The notes under the pieces were generated by a model. That model searched no databases and was not told where the DNA came from. It worked only from the letters and a program-made list of their open reading frames with translations. From positions 1 to 64,000 of the IMG/VR virus record IMGVR_UViG_2872728642_000001: DNA of 64,000 bases. One strand, 5' to 3'. This stretch comes from a virus (taxonomy: Duplodnaviria > Caudoviricetes). Both the position numbers and the translations under genes were made by a program. Positions 53,434 through 62,282 of this stretch are shown in pieces. Every line of letters starts with the position of its first letter. The stretch's first letter is position 1.

Positions 53434-53928
53434 GTGATATTGCCGTCCCCCACGCTACTGGCTGCCCTATCAACGGCGCCGCTCCCGCAGCCGTTCACCC
53501 TGGATGCTTTCATCGCTCGAATCCGGGCCGTACGGAAGCGCCCCCTGCACATGCTCGACCTGCCCGCCGAGGCCGCCAGCGCCGTATCCGGGATATGGGT
53601 CGCGACGACGAAGGCCGACCACATCTTCGTCGCTCCCGGTGCCGCCGGGCTGCTGCGTGTCAACATCGTCTTGCATGAGGTCTCCCACATGCTTCTCGGC
53701 CACGGCAAGGTCGGCGGTGATGTCGAGGAGGCCATGCGCCGACTCCTCGGGCTCTCGGTGACGGGAATGGCAGCACGCAGCCGATACGAGACCGTCGAGG
53801 AGCGCGACGCCGAGAAGCTCGCCACGCTCATCCTGACGCGCGCCCACACCCCGCCCGAAGGCGGCGACGAGGGCCTGCGCAAGATCGGCAAAACATTCGG
53901 ATACGACCTTGGAGGCGACGACGCGTGA
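53434..53928 (+). CDS. ImmA/IrrE-like metallopeptidase ('regulator component')
   Basis: SGIW...D.IF, IVLHEVSHMLLGH (HExxH), R..Y...EE..AE..A. Confidence 0.8.
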   Translation: MILPSPTLLAALSTAPLPQPFTLDAFIARIRAVRKRPLHMLDLPAEAASAVSGIWVATTKADHIFVAPGAAGLLRVNIVLHEVSHMLLGHGKVGGDVEEAMRRLLGLSVTGMAARSRYETVEERDAEKLATLILTRAHTPPEGGDEGLRKIGKTFGYDLGGDDA

Positions 53929-55031
53929 GCGTTGTGGACTGGATTGCCCTCGTGCTGCTGTGGGGGGCGTCGATCTCCCGCATACGGTCCGCCCGGCATT
54001 CATTCGAGCAGCGAATGCTGTGGGCCGCGTTTACTGCCCTCGCTTTATCCAGGGTGTTCTCAGCGGCACCCGTTGTCGAATGGATGGACACCACCACTGG
54101 CACCGAGTTGGCTACTCTGCTCCGCCACGTCACCGGCCTAGCCTCAGCGGCGTGTTTGCTGGCGTATGTAGAGGCGATCACCCGCCGGGATCGGCCGTCC
54201 CGGGCTCGCTGGGTCTGGCCGACCGCGCTGGCCGTCATTGTCTTGCTGTTCGTGATGTTTCTTTCGCGCGGGGGCCGCATCTACTGGGCGGACGGCGCGA
54301 CCGGACCCGGGGAAACCGCCATTCAGGGCCGCATCTACCTGGTTGCGTTCGACGCGTGGCTGATGACGTGCGGATGCGCCGCGGCTTGGATGTTCGCCCA
54401 GCATGCGCGGCTTGCACCGCCGCTCCTGCGGTTCGGGCTGATCTTGTCCACCATCGGGAACCTCGCCGGCGTGGTCAACCGTGGCCACGTCATGGTGGTG
54501 AACGTGGCGCACCTGATCAACCCGGCCACCACCTGGCGGGAAATCCTGGTGCTGCACAAGACGTCGTTCCTCATCTGCATCGTGTTCATCACGGCGGGCA
54601 CGTCAATTCCAGCCTGGCGCGCAGCGACCACCCGCCTGCGGCAACGGGCCGAACTGCGGGAACTGCAGCCCCTGTGGGAGGCGATCGTCCGCCAGTACCC
54701 AACCGTGTCGCTCGGTATGAAGGGCTCACTGCAGACCCGTCTCGTGCGCCGAATGGTGGAGATCCAGGACGGGATGCTGAACCTCACTTCGGTCCACGAA
54801 CCGCCTGCGAACGGCGATCCCGCCGAGGTGGCCCAGTGGGTTGCCGAGGCATTGAAAGCCGCCCGCGCCGGTCAAGAGTCGGGGGTGCCGACTGGACGGA
54901 TCCCTGGTCCGGATCTCACTGGCGAAGAAGACAGCACGGACAAGGTGAGCAGGGAGGCGGCATGGCTGCGTCAGGTCTCGGCACAGTTCAAGAAGATCAG
55001 CGCCGAGAGAGCCGCACAGCTCGCGTCTTGA
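53925..55031 (+). CDS. MAB_1171c/DUF6545-like 7-TM membrane protein with soluble C-terminal domain
   Basis: About 7 TM helices, L.PLW..I...YP.V.L and RR.VEI.DG.L; GTGA overlap. Confidence 0.75.
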   Translation: MSVVDWIALVLLWGASISRIRSARHSFEQRMLWAAFTALALSRVFSAAPVVEWMDTTTGTELATLLRHVTGLASAACLLAYVEAITRRDRPSRARWVWPTALAVIVLLFVMFLSRGGRIYWADGATGPGETAIQGRIYLVAFDAWLMTCGCAAAWMFAQHARLAPPLLRFGLILSTIGNLAGVVNRGHVMVVNVAHLINPATTWREILVLHKTSFLICIVFITAGTSIPAWRAATTRLRQRAELRELQPLWEAIVRQYPTVSLGMKGSLQTRLVRRMVEIQDGMLNLTSVHEPPANGDPAEVAQWVAEALKAARAGQESGVPTGRIPGPDLTGEEDSTDKVSREAAWLRQVSAQFKKISAERAAQLAS

Positions 55032-55359
55032 CGAAGCTTTTCGTAACCGCACATCTGCTGTAGGCCGGAACGTCCCCTGCTTGATCCTGCCAGCACCACT
55101 GCGAGTGCTCGCTGTCGGCGCCGTCGTGGTGGCGTTGATCGGATGGGCTCGCACGGAGATCCGCGACCACACGCCTGCTCAGGTGCTCGCGCGTACCGCG
55201 ACCGGGGCGGCGGCCACCTGGGCGACGCTCGTAATTTTGCTGTGAGACGTTAAATCGGCGTCCGACGTCAACCATAGCCAGTACAAGATCGTCATACCAT
55301 TAACGATTCTTGATGCCGACGCACTGCGGAGGCGCAACGAGAGGTAATGGGACTAGATC

Positions 55360-55596
55360 ATGACACGAGCGATGGCAGCAATCGCGCTGGTCTTTGTCGT
55401 GGGCACGGTGACGTTTGCGGTGTTTCTCGTCCATGCCGTCGGGTCCCGTGAAGTCGAGGGCCTAGACGTGGCCTTCATGGTGGCGGCCGGGCTAATCGTC
55501 GCTGTCAGCGCGCTGGCGGCTGTGCGCCGGCGCCCCGCAGCGTCAATCGTCGATGTTTACGCGATGGATGGCGGATACGAGCGCGTCGAGCGTTGA
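55360..55596 (+). CDS. Small 2-TM protein
   Basis: Two hydrophobic helices. Confidence 0.5.
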   Translation: MTRAMAAIALVFVVGTVTFAVFLVHAVGSREVEGLDVAFMVAAGLIVAVSALAAVRRRPAASIVDVYAMDGGYERVER

Positions 55597-55674
55597 GAAA
55601 CACATGGAGCCGGACAGGTCACAATCTGCCCGGCTCCATGCCCGTAATCGCAAACGCGGACACAACCCCGCAGG

Positions 55675-56160
55675 TCAACGGATATTCGGCCATTTATCGC
55701 GGCTTGTGACGAACGTTCCGATCGCGGGCACGGTGTATACCCATCCCTGCTCACGGAGCAAAGCCACGGCGGCACTGGCGGTCTTCTTGGCCACGCCGTA
55801 CTGCTCGATCAACTCCAACTGCGAGGGCAGCACCTGATCCGGCCCGTAGTCACCCCGCTTGATGCCCTCTGCGAGGTCGGCGGCGATCTTCTCGAACTCA
55901 CGCGGCTCGCGGATCTGCGGAGCGTCGCGCGGTCCGACGTAGGAGCCATCGGCACGGATGGTGTAGATGACGTCTGCCTCGCGCAGCACCTCCAGGGCTC
56001 TGCGCACTGTCAGCCGTGACGCCTGGTGGGTCGCGCACATTTCGGCTTCCGTGAGGAGTGCCTGGCCGGGCTTAAGTTTGCCGGCGGCGATGTCGTCCTT
56101 GATGGCGTTGACGATCACCTGGTAGATCGGCACTGGACCCCGTGGGCCTCGCTTCGTCAT
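55675..56160 (-). CDS. Tandem double GntR winged-HTH regulator
   Basis: Two GntR domains (Y..I...I...I..G.L.PG..L...; F..IA..L...I..G.Y.P...LPS) and no effector domain. Confidence 0.85.
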   Translation of the reverse strand: MTKRGPRGPVPIYQVIVNAIKDDIAAGKLKPGQALLTEAEMCATHQASRLTVRRALEVLREADVIYTIRADGSYVGPRDAPQIREPREFEKIAADLAEGIKRGDYGPDQVLPSQLELIEQYGVAKKTASAAVALLREQGWVYTVPAIGTFVTSRDKWPNIR

Positions 56161-56239
56161 GGCCGAAGTATACATACCGGGAACCTTTATAGACATTAGG
56201 GGTCTGCCGATCGGGCGGGAAGGCGACGAGCCGAAGACT

Positions 56240-56275
56240 GGGGAGCCCCGGCGCCAAACGGCACCGGGGCTCCCC
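56240..56275. terminator. Hairpin
   Basis: GGGGAGCCCCGG...CCGGGGCTCCCC. Confidence 0.6.
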
Positions 56276-56337
56276 GCGTATTTGTGCAGATACGCGCGAC
56301 CAGCTTACGCCGGGCCGCCCGTCAGCATCGCCTACCG

Positions 56338-56538
56338 TCAGGCAGACCCGTCCTGTTCGATCTGCTTCCACACCTTGGCGCCGGTCTCGACCAGATCGTC
56401 CTCGTTCTCGAAGTGGTCAAGGGCCCACCACAACGTGTTGAACTTGAGGTCGGCGGCGGCACAGACCGCCGCGCCGAGCTTGAAGAGGTCGCGCGCCTGA
56501 TCGTCGGTGACGCCAAGGTGGCTGAAGTCAACGGCCAT
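56338..56538 (-). CDS. Small hypothetical
   Basis: TGATG coupling. Confidence 0.55.
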   Translation of the reverse strand: MAVDFSHLGVTDDQARDLFKLGAAVCAAADLKFNTLWWALDHFENEDDLVETGAKVWKQIEQDGSA

Positions 56539-56753
56539 CACTTTTCACTGCCCTGCGCGGGCTCGCGCCCGGCCGGCTGGTCGGCGGCCAGCTCGGTGAC
56601 CCAGTTGCCCATGACGAGCATCGCGACCAGGCCCAGACCGAGGATCCACGTGATCAGGCCGGTGTCCTTCATCAGATAGGCGAAGGTGAGCCACATCGCC
56701 AGCATGAGCAGCAGCGCGACGAGGCAGACGACGACGCGGATGGTGGGCTTCAT
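56538..56753 (-). CDS. Small 2-TM membrane protein
   Basis: AAGGA RBS; two TM helices. Confidence 0.6.
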   Translation of the reverse strand: MKPTIRVVVCLVALLLMLAMWLTFAYLMKDTGLITWILGLGLVAMLVMGNWVTELAADQPAGREPAQGSEK

Positions 56754-56803
56754 GAGGGGGTTCCTTTCGGTGGAGGTGGGGATGGAGAGATTGTCGTGCG
56801 CGC

Positions 56804-57133
56804 TCACGCCTGCCTCCGGGTGTAGGCCAGGCATGAACCCTTGGAGCAGGTGGGCAGCGGCTCCCGCCCTGCGAGCTTGCGCAGTGCGGGGATAAACGGC
56901 TGGAGGTACCAGATGGACGCCTCGATCAGGACCTGCAGCGCGCCGCCGACGGGGCCCATGACGTCGTAGACCATGGCGTCCTGCTTGACGTGCCTGCGCT
57001 CGTCGCGGCAGCCCTGGCACAGGTCGATCGGGTCGCAGGTGGTGATGAGGGACCACCGCTTGAGGATGCGCGGCGCGGTGTGGGCGACGCCGACCGCCCA
57101 GATCAGGGACAAGACGTCCCACGAGGAGATCAC
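56804..57133 (-). CDS. Hypothetical with C...C..C and C...C motifs
   Basis: GTGA overlap. Confidence 0.5.
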   Translation of the reverse strand: MISSWDVLSLIWAVGVAHTAPRILKRWSLITTCDPIDLCQGCRDERRHVKQDAMVYDVMGPVGGALQVLIEASIWYLQPFIPALRKLAGREPLPTCSKGSCLAYTRRQA

Positions 57134-57528
57134 TGCGGCCGCATCTCGTATGGCGTCAGCCCGTACCGGGTACTGAGCGTGCGGACGATCTCGATGGCCA
57201 CGCGCCGGTCTTCGGCCTCGTCGTAGTCCTCAGGGTGGCTGTAGATCGGCTGGTCCTCGTCGTCGTATTCGAGGTCGAACAGCTCGGGCCGGTTGGGCAT
57301 GTGGAGTTCCCAGGTGCCGCCGTAGTGGTCGGCGTCCCTCCGGGCTTCATCTCGGACTTCCTGCACCTCGACCCAGGCTCGGGTGAGGGTGAGGGCGTTC
57401 TCGTACTGCCCCTCGACGGCGGTGGCCTGGACGGATGCGGTTTCGGCCGACTCGCCGGGCTTGGCGCACAGCAGTCCGGCCACCTGGGCGATCTCGTCGC
57501 GAGTGATGTAGCCAGAGATGCTGGTCAT
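57130..57528 (-). CDS. Acidic hypothetical
   Basis: ATGA overlap. Confidence 0.6.
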   Translation of the reverse strand: MTSISGYITRDEIAQVAGLLCAKPGESAETASVQATAVEGQYENALTLTRAWVEVQEVRDEARRDADHYGGTWELHMPNRPELFDLEYDDEDQPIYSHPEDYDEAEDRRVAIEIVRTLSTRYGLTPYEMRPQ

Positions 57529-58229
57529 CGGCTGCACCGGATCGCGTCGTACACATCGCGGTCGAGGCGGGCGTCCCCGAGCGCGGTGTGCTTGGTGCCC
57601 GCGTCCTGGGCGACGCCAACGATCTCCCAGGACGGGCTGTCCATGTAGCCGCCCAGCCAGTCCTCAACGTACGGCACGGCCTCGGCTCCGAACGCCTCGT
57701 CCACCTTGCCGTCGTAGGCGGACAGTCGGCCGTCTACGTAGCCGATCAGCAGGGCGCGGATGTCGATCATGCGGTGGTGGGCGGTGAGGAGCTGCCCGTT
57801 GGCCCGCAGGAACTTGTCCACGAACTTCCGGTCGTGGGTCGGGTTGTTGGCGACGATGGTGGCACCGTCCAGCTCTCGGGCGATCGTGGCGGCGATGCTT
57901 CCGGCGCTGGCCTGCATGTACCAGTCGCCCTCTGCCGGGGGCTCGCCGGTGTACTCGTGGATCCACGGACTGCCGAGGTTGATGGCGGGCGAGAGCTTCC
58001 GGCCAGCGCCGATGGGCGAGCGCCTGACGCGGCACCGCTCGTAGTACCGGCCGACCTTCAGGGCGTTGGGGTCGGCGAGCGTCAGGTCCGGGCGGACCTG
58101 CCACCAGTGTTCGATGTCGGTCCTGATCGGCTGGCGCAGGTCACGCATGATGAGGCCGATCTCCCAAAGGTCGCCGTGGCGTTCGTCGAGGGAGGTCGTT
58201 TCAAGGTCGAGGAAGGCGAGTTTCTTCAC
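57525..58229 (-). CDS. DEDDh 3'-5' exonuclease (DnaQ-like)
   Basis: FLDLETT, N...D..F and HTALGDA. Confidence 0.85.
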   Translation of the reverse strand: MKKLAFLDLETTSLDERHGDLWEIGLIMRDLRQPIRTDIEHWWQVRPDLTLADPNALKVGRYYERCRVRRSPIGAGRKLSPAINLGSPWIHEYTGEPPAEGDWYMQASAGSIAATIARELDGATIVANNPTHDRKFVDKFLRANGQLLTAHHRMIDIRALLIGYVDGRLSAYDGKVDEAFGAEAVPYVEDWLGGYMDSPSWEIVGVAQDAGTKHTALGDARLDRDVYDAIRCSR

Positions 58230-58282
58230 GTGCTTCTCCCGTGTGAGGGGGGAGCTTCCCCGCCCGGGCGGGCGAGGAAGCT

Positions 58283-58303
58283 GATTGTGTTAGCGCTTTT
58301 AGC
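58283..58303. promoter_or_regulatory. Dispersed motif, copy 9 (degenerate)
   Basis: GATTGTGTTAGCGCTTTTAGC, 17/21 to copy 6; contains a TAA stop; hairpin at 58253-58282 follows. Confidence 0.5.
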
Positions 58304-58658
58304 GGAGATAACCAGGGCCTTTGTCGCCGCCGTGCATGCGAACTCGGAACTCTTCCTCGGACGTGAGGGCGAGCGCGGGAAGCGTTTCGATCCCCTCGCG
58401 CCTGGCCTTCCAGATGCGGTGCCAGCCGTCGATGGGGATGTTCCCGGTACCCTCGAAGGGGACGAGGATCAGGGGACGGGTCAGGTCCACGGTGGCGGCG
58501 TGGGCCTTATTGACGTAGACCAGCCACAGCAGCGCGGCGGCCCTTTCTACCTGGATGCAGTCGGGCTCGCGGCCCTCGACGATGCGCATGGCGGCGGTGA
58601 CGTTCCATGCGTAGAAGCCGAGGCGGAACGTCTCTCGCACACGTTGCTGCCCGGTCAC
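58299..58658 (-). CDS. Small ParB/Srx-like protein
   Basis: PLILV...IDGWHRIWKA...G...LPA. Confidence 0.65.
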   Translation of the reverse strand: MTGQQRVRETFRLGFYAWNVTAAMRIVEGREPDCIQVERAAALLWLVYVNKAHAATVDLTRPLILVPFEGTGNIPIDGWHRIWKARREGIETLPALALTSEEEFRVRMHGGDKGPGYLR

Positions 58659-59140
58659 GCCCACTTCTCTTCCTCGATGGCGTCGGTGAGGCTGTTGATG
58701 AGCCCCAGAGCCTCTTCGAGGGTGATCCTTTCGAGACTGCCCTCGACGGTGCGACTGCCGGGCAGGGCGGCGATCTCGATGATGTTGCTGCCGTCCGCAC
58801 GGAGGACTGCGACGGGCGAGCCTGCGCAGGTGTACTCGTGCGGTTCGGGCGTGGGCAGGAGGACCCAGCCTTCGGCGTCGTGCTCCTTCCAGGTGGTTTC
58901 GAGGAAGTCGGGCAGCGGTCCGTCCAACGTGTCCGAGTAGATGTCCGCGAGGCACAGCACGTCCACGTCGTCGTAGTAGTCGTGGTTGGCGAAGAAGTCG
59001 GCCGGAGCCTCTGTCCCCCAGAAGTGGGTCTGGAAGACGGGGCCGATCTCGTCGGGCCGGGCGTTGGGGATGATCTCGTAGTGCTTGATTTCGATCTGGC
59101 CGTTGTTGGGGTTGGTGCGGGTGTAGAGCCGGGTTTCCAT
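58655..59140 (-). CDS. Acidic hypothetical
   Basis: 161 aa; first gene after an AT-rich promoter region. Confidence 0.6.
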   Translation of the reverse strand: METRLYTRTNPNNGQIEIKHYEIIPNARPDEIGPVFQTHFWGTEAPADFFANHDYYDDVDVLCLADIYSDTLDGPLPDFLETTWKEHDAEGWVLLPTPEPHEYTCAGSPVAVLRADGSNIIEIAALPGSRTVEGSLERITLEEALGLINSLTDAIEEEKWA

Positions 59141-59382
59141 GCGAACGCCCTTCGGGTTGCAGTGTTGGTGCCGGTAGCGGCGTGCCACCAGGTTGCGTAA
59201 GAAAATGATCATGCGCATTGCGATCACTCTTATATTACATTAAGTAGGGCGATATGGATAACTAGGAGGGTTGCACTTGTGAGCTTGGGAAATGAGCAGC
59301 AGGGGACGCTACACGCGACACGCGCGACACGGACCCCGTACGGTGAGATCAAACGCCACAGCACAGCCACAGGAAGCCACAC

Positions 59383-59916
59383 ATGTCGCACACCCCGGAG
59401 CCGTCGCAGGACTCGCACCTCGCCCTGTTCGATGACCTCACCACCGAGCAGCAGCAAGAAGCGGGGCCGCAATCAACACGCCGATCTGGGTCACGGCGGG
59501 TTCGAGCAGTCCGATGGACCGGCCTCGCCCCCACTAGCATCTACCTGTACCAGCACCTCGACGACCGCCTCACCACGGCTCTTGAAGAAGACGGTCGGGG
59601 TCCGCAAGAAGCTTGGGAGCTGGCGATCAACGCGTACTGCGACGCGCTGCAGCCGCCCATCAAGACCGAGTTTCCTGAACCGATCAAGAAGGCCGACCTC
59701 GCGCTGCCGCGCGACCCCAGCCAGATGCCCGGCACACCTCGCGCATACCCCGTCGCGCCCCTTGCCACGGTCCGGCTCAAGCGGAACACGAGGGCCAGGC
59801 TCGCCGCCGCGTGCAGACAGGAAGCGATGGGCGGAATGGCCGTCCTCAACGACGCCATGGAGGCATACCTCGACGAGCGCGACCTGGTCAATGTGGACGA
59901 GGACGACTCCGAGTAA
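59383..59916 (+). CDS. Putative tandem ribbon-helix-helix DNA-binding protein
   Basis: Two beta-helix-helix units (TSIYL...DRL..A...AINAY; TVRL...ARL..A...AMEAY). Confidence 0.5.
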   Translation: MSHTPEPSQDSHLALFDDLTTEQQQEAGPQSTRRSGSRRVRAVRWTGLAPTSIYLYQHLDDRLTTALEEDGRGPQEAWELAINAYCDALQPPIKTEFPEPIKKADLALPRDPSQMPGTPRAYPVAPLATVRLKRNTRARLAAACRQEAMGGMAVLNDAMEAYLDERDLVNVDEDDSE

Positions 59917-59929
59917 CTGAGCCGCTGCC

Positions 59930-60517
59930 TCATCCACGCCAGCGGCGCTGTCGCTCTCCGGCCGTCCCCGCGGGCATGCTGAAGCCGTAGTCGGCGGCCT
60001 TGCTGCGCCAGCGTTCAAGGGTCTTCTCCGGGTTCGCGGCGGGCCGGTTCTCCTGCACGTACTCCTTCAGGGTGCGCCGGAAGTTCGGGTCGTCGAACCG
60101 CTGCTTGAGACGTCCGAGCTGCTCGGCGTCGAGCGGGTCCGGCTTGCCGACGTCGAGGGACTGCGCGAGCAGCGCGTGCCCCTCTGCGTCCGGCAGCAGC
60201 CCTTCCTCGGGCCGGCAGCCGTACGGGCACGGCATCGACTCGACCGCGCCCCAGAGGTGACAGGACATCGGCCGGACGTCGTACACGCTGCACTGCCCGT
60301 CCTTCAGCGCAGGACAGGTGTAGTCGCCGGTCTCGATGAGCTGGGCCAGCGCGTCCCGGTGGTGCGGAATCTTCACGCCTCGCTCCCGGATTCGCTGGTG
60401 CTCGCGCGGGTTCATCCCGACCGGGCCGCAGCTATCGACGCACAAGCCCTTGCAGCCTGGCTGCGGCACCGCGGCGTACAGCTCGTCGAGGGCGGCGTCC
60501 ATGTCAGATCGCTTCAC
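59930..60517 (-). CDS. YkgJ-family (CxxCxxCC-like) cysteine-cluster protein
   Basis: CKGLCVDSCG, CPAL..GQCSVY.VRP..C.LWG. Confidence 0.8.
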   Translation of the reverse strand: MKRSDMDAALDELYAAVPQPGCKGLCVDSCGPVGMNPREHQRIRERGVKIPHHRDALAQLIETGDYTCPALKDGQCSVYDVRPMSCHLWGAVESMPCPYGCRPEEGLLPDAEGHALLAQSLDVGKPDPLDAEQLGRLKQRFDDPNFRRTLKEYVQENRPAANPEKTLERWRSKAADYGFSMPAGTAGERQRRWRG

Positions 60518-60540
60518 GTGGTGTCCTTCGCAAATGGAAA

Positions 60541-60577
60541 CGTCGGCGGTCCGCGCCCCCGCAGCGGACCGCCGACG
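60541..60577 (-). terminator. Hairpin after the HU gene
   Basis: CGTCGGCGGTCCGC-N9-GCGGACCGCCGACG. Confidence 0.7.
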
Positions 60578-60585
60578 AGCTGGTG

Positions 60586-60864
60586 TTACTTGTTGACGGC
60601 GGCCTTGACCTTCGTGGCCGCCTTGAACCGCATGACCCACTTGCCGGGCACCTCGACCACCTCGTTGGTGTTCGGGTTCCGGCGGGCCGTGGCCTTGTGA
60701 TAGCTGCGGTCGAACACGCCGAGCCCGCCGACGCGGGCCTCACCACCGGCGGCGACGGTGCCGACGATGATGTCGATGAACGCCTGGACGCCCCGCGCCG
60801 CGGCGGCGCGGGACGGCGCGTTGGTCCGCTGGCGGAACTCCTCGATGATGTCTGCCTTGTTCAC
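60586..60864 (-). CDS. hup: HU/IHF-family DNA-binding protein
   Basis: MNKADII, GLG.F, RNP.T.E..EVP and F.A...VK.AV. Confidence 0.9.
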   Translation of the reverse strand: MNKADIIEEFRQRTNAPSRAAAARGVQAFIDIIVGTVAAGGEARVGGLGVFDRSYHKATARRNPNTNEVVEVPGKWVMRFKAATKVKAAVNK

Positions 60865-61222
60865 GCTGCACTCCCCCGAGAGTGACGATGGATTGACACG
60901 AGACCGTAGAGTACGCGCCAGACGCATATGACACATCATTCGCGCCAGTTGCGCAACCGTGAGCGCTCTACCGGCTCCACAGGGCACGGGTTCCCATTGC
61001 TGCCGATCTGCCTACTGCGGGCGAGAGAGTTGGCCCTAGTCAGGCCAGAACCTCTTCTGCGCGATGATGCGGCATCCCACCACACAGGCTGACGCCACCG
61101 GGCGTATCGACCAGCAACAGGCCGTTGCGTATCACTCCATCGACTCGTCGACAGTCGTAACGATGTGACGCCTGGCCGCGACACACAAAGTGGCCAGTTT
61201 TCCTAGCAAGGTGGTGGCCAAG

Positions 61223-62239
61223 ATGGGAAGCGTTGTTTTAGATCTCGCCGTTAGCCTCGTCGCAGCCTTTGTGATCCTTTCGCTGGTGGTGTACGGAATC
61301 AGCGAGGCAATATTCGCAGCGTTCTCCACACGCCCCAAATTTCTGTGGGCATACTTACGCGACACTCTAGATGGCGGAATTGCTACCGGCGAAGGCTGGC
61401 TACCAGTCTCCACGGCCAGCACCGTTCGCATCTTGCGCTTCACCAGGGATCCGCGCCCAGCGTATTCAGACGAGCCTCCGCCGCCTTTGCCTGATGCGTC
61501 CAAACTCCCCAACTGCACGTTCACCGAGCTACTATACGAGCGCATTCGCGAAATGGACCATGCTAGAGGCAGGCGTACCAGCATTAGTCACATTCCAGCT
61601 AAGCGCTTCGCCTTAGCGATCAGCGAAATTTCTGAGGCTTTCAGTAGCGTGGAACAGATGCTCGATTCTATGAAAGCCAGGCACAGTCCAGCGCATGCGC
61701 CGTTAAGTGCACTCTGGGCAGGCTCGCAAGGCGACTACGATCGGTTCCAGCGAGGAGTAGAAGAGTGGTTCGTGGCCGAGATGCAGCAGTTGAACAGGCT
61801 TTATCGCCGCCACACCCGGGGCCCGTTGATGGTGCTCAGTACACTACTGACAATTTTCTTTACAATAGACTCATTTGAATACGTCCAAGCAATTATCGAC
61901 GATAACGCCCTCCGAAGCCTGCTATCTGCTAACGACACAATCGCCGAACCGCTTGCCGCAAGGTGCCGCCTAGAAGAGGGCGGATCCTACTGCCTCAGCC
62001 AACCACCGATCATCCAGGTATTCGGCAATGCACCGATCAGCATGTCGTTCTCTACTGGCCCGCCAACTGCACACTGGAACGGCGTAGAGTGGATGGAGCG
62101 ACTTATCACTCCTCCTCACTGGTTAGGCTTTATTGCGACAATCGTAGCCCTTATGTTCGGGGCTCCCTTTTGGTGGGACCGGCTCATGTCGGCCATCGGC
62201 CTCGGAGGGGCAAATACTGAAAAAGCCTCCACGTTTTGA
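61223..62239 (+). CDS. Lower-GC membrane protein (moron)
   Basis: LDLAVSL...F..LSL, WF...M......YRR, GF..T..A..FGAPFWWD.L; many A/T-ending codons. Confidence 0.7.
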   Translation: MGSVVLDLAVSLVAAFVILSLVVYGISEAIFAAFSTRPKFLWAYLRDTLDGGIATGEGWLPVSTASTVRILRFTRDPRPAYSDEPPPPLPDASKLPNCTFTELLYERIREMDHARGRRTSISHIPAKRFALAISEISEAFSSVEQMLDSMKARHSPAHAPLSALWAGSQGDYDRFQRGVEEWFVAEMQQLNRLYRRHTRGPLMVLSTLLTIFFTIDSFEYVQAIIDDNALRSLLSANDTIAEPLAARCRLEEGGSYCLSQPPIIQVFGNAPISMSFSTGPPTAHWNGVEWMERLITPPHWLGFIATIVALMFGAPFWWDRLMSAIGLGGANTEKASTF

Positions 62240-62282
62240 TCGATGCGGCATGGACAGAGCGTTTAGCCGCGTGCGACTTCCT

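Noticed and set aside
54997-55275. 92-aa - strand ORF after the MAB_1171c-like gene
   Set aside because: No RBS or motif, atypical composition, overlaps the upstream gene end.
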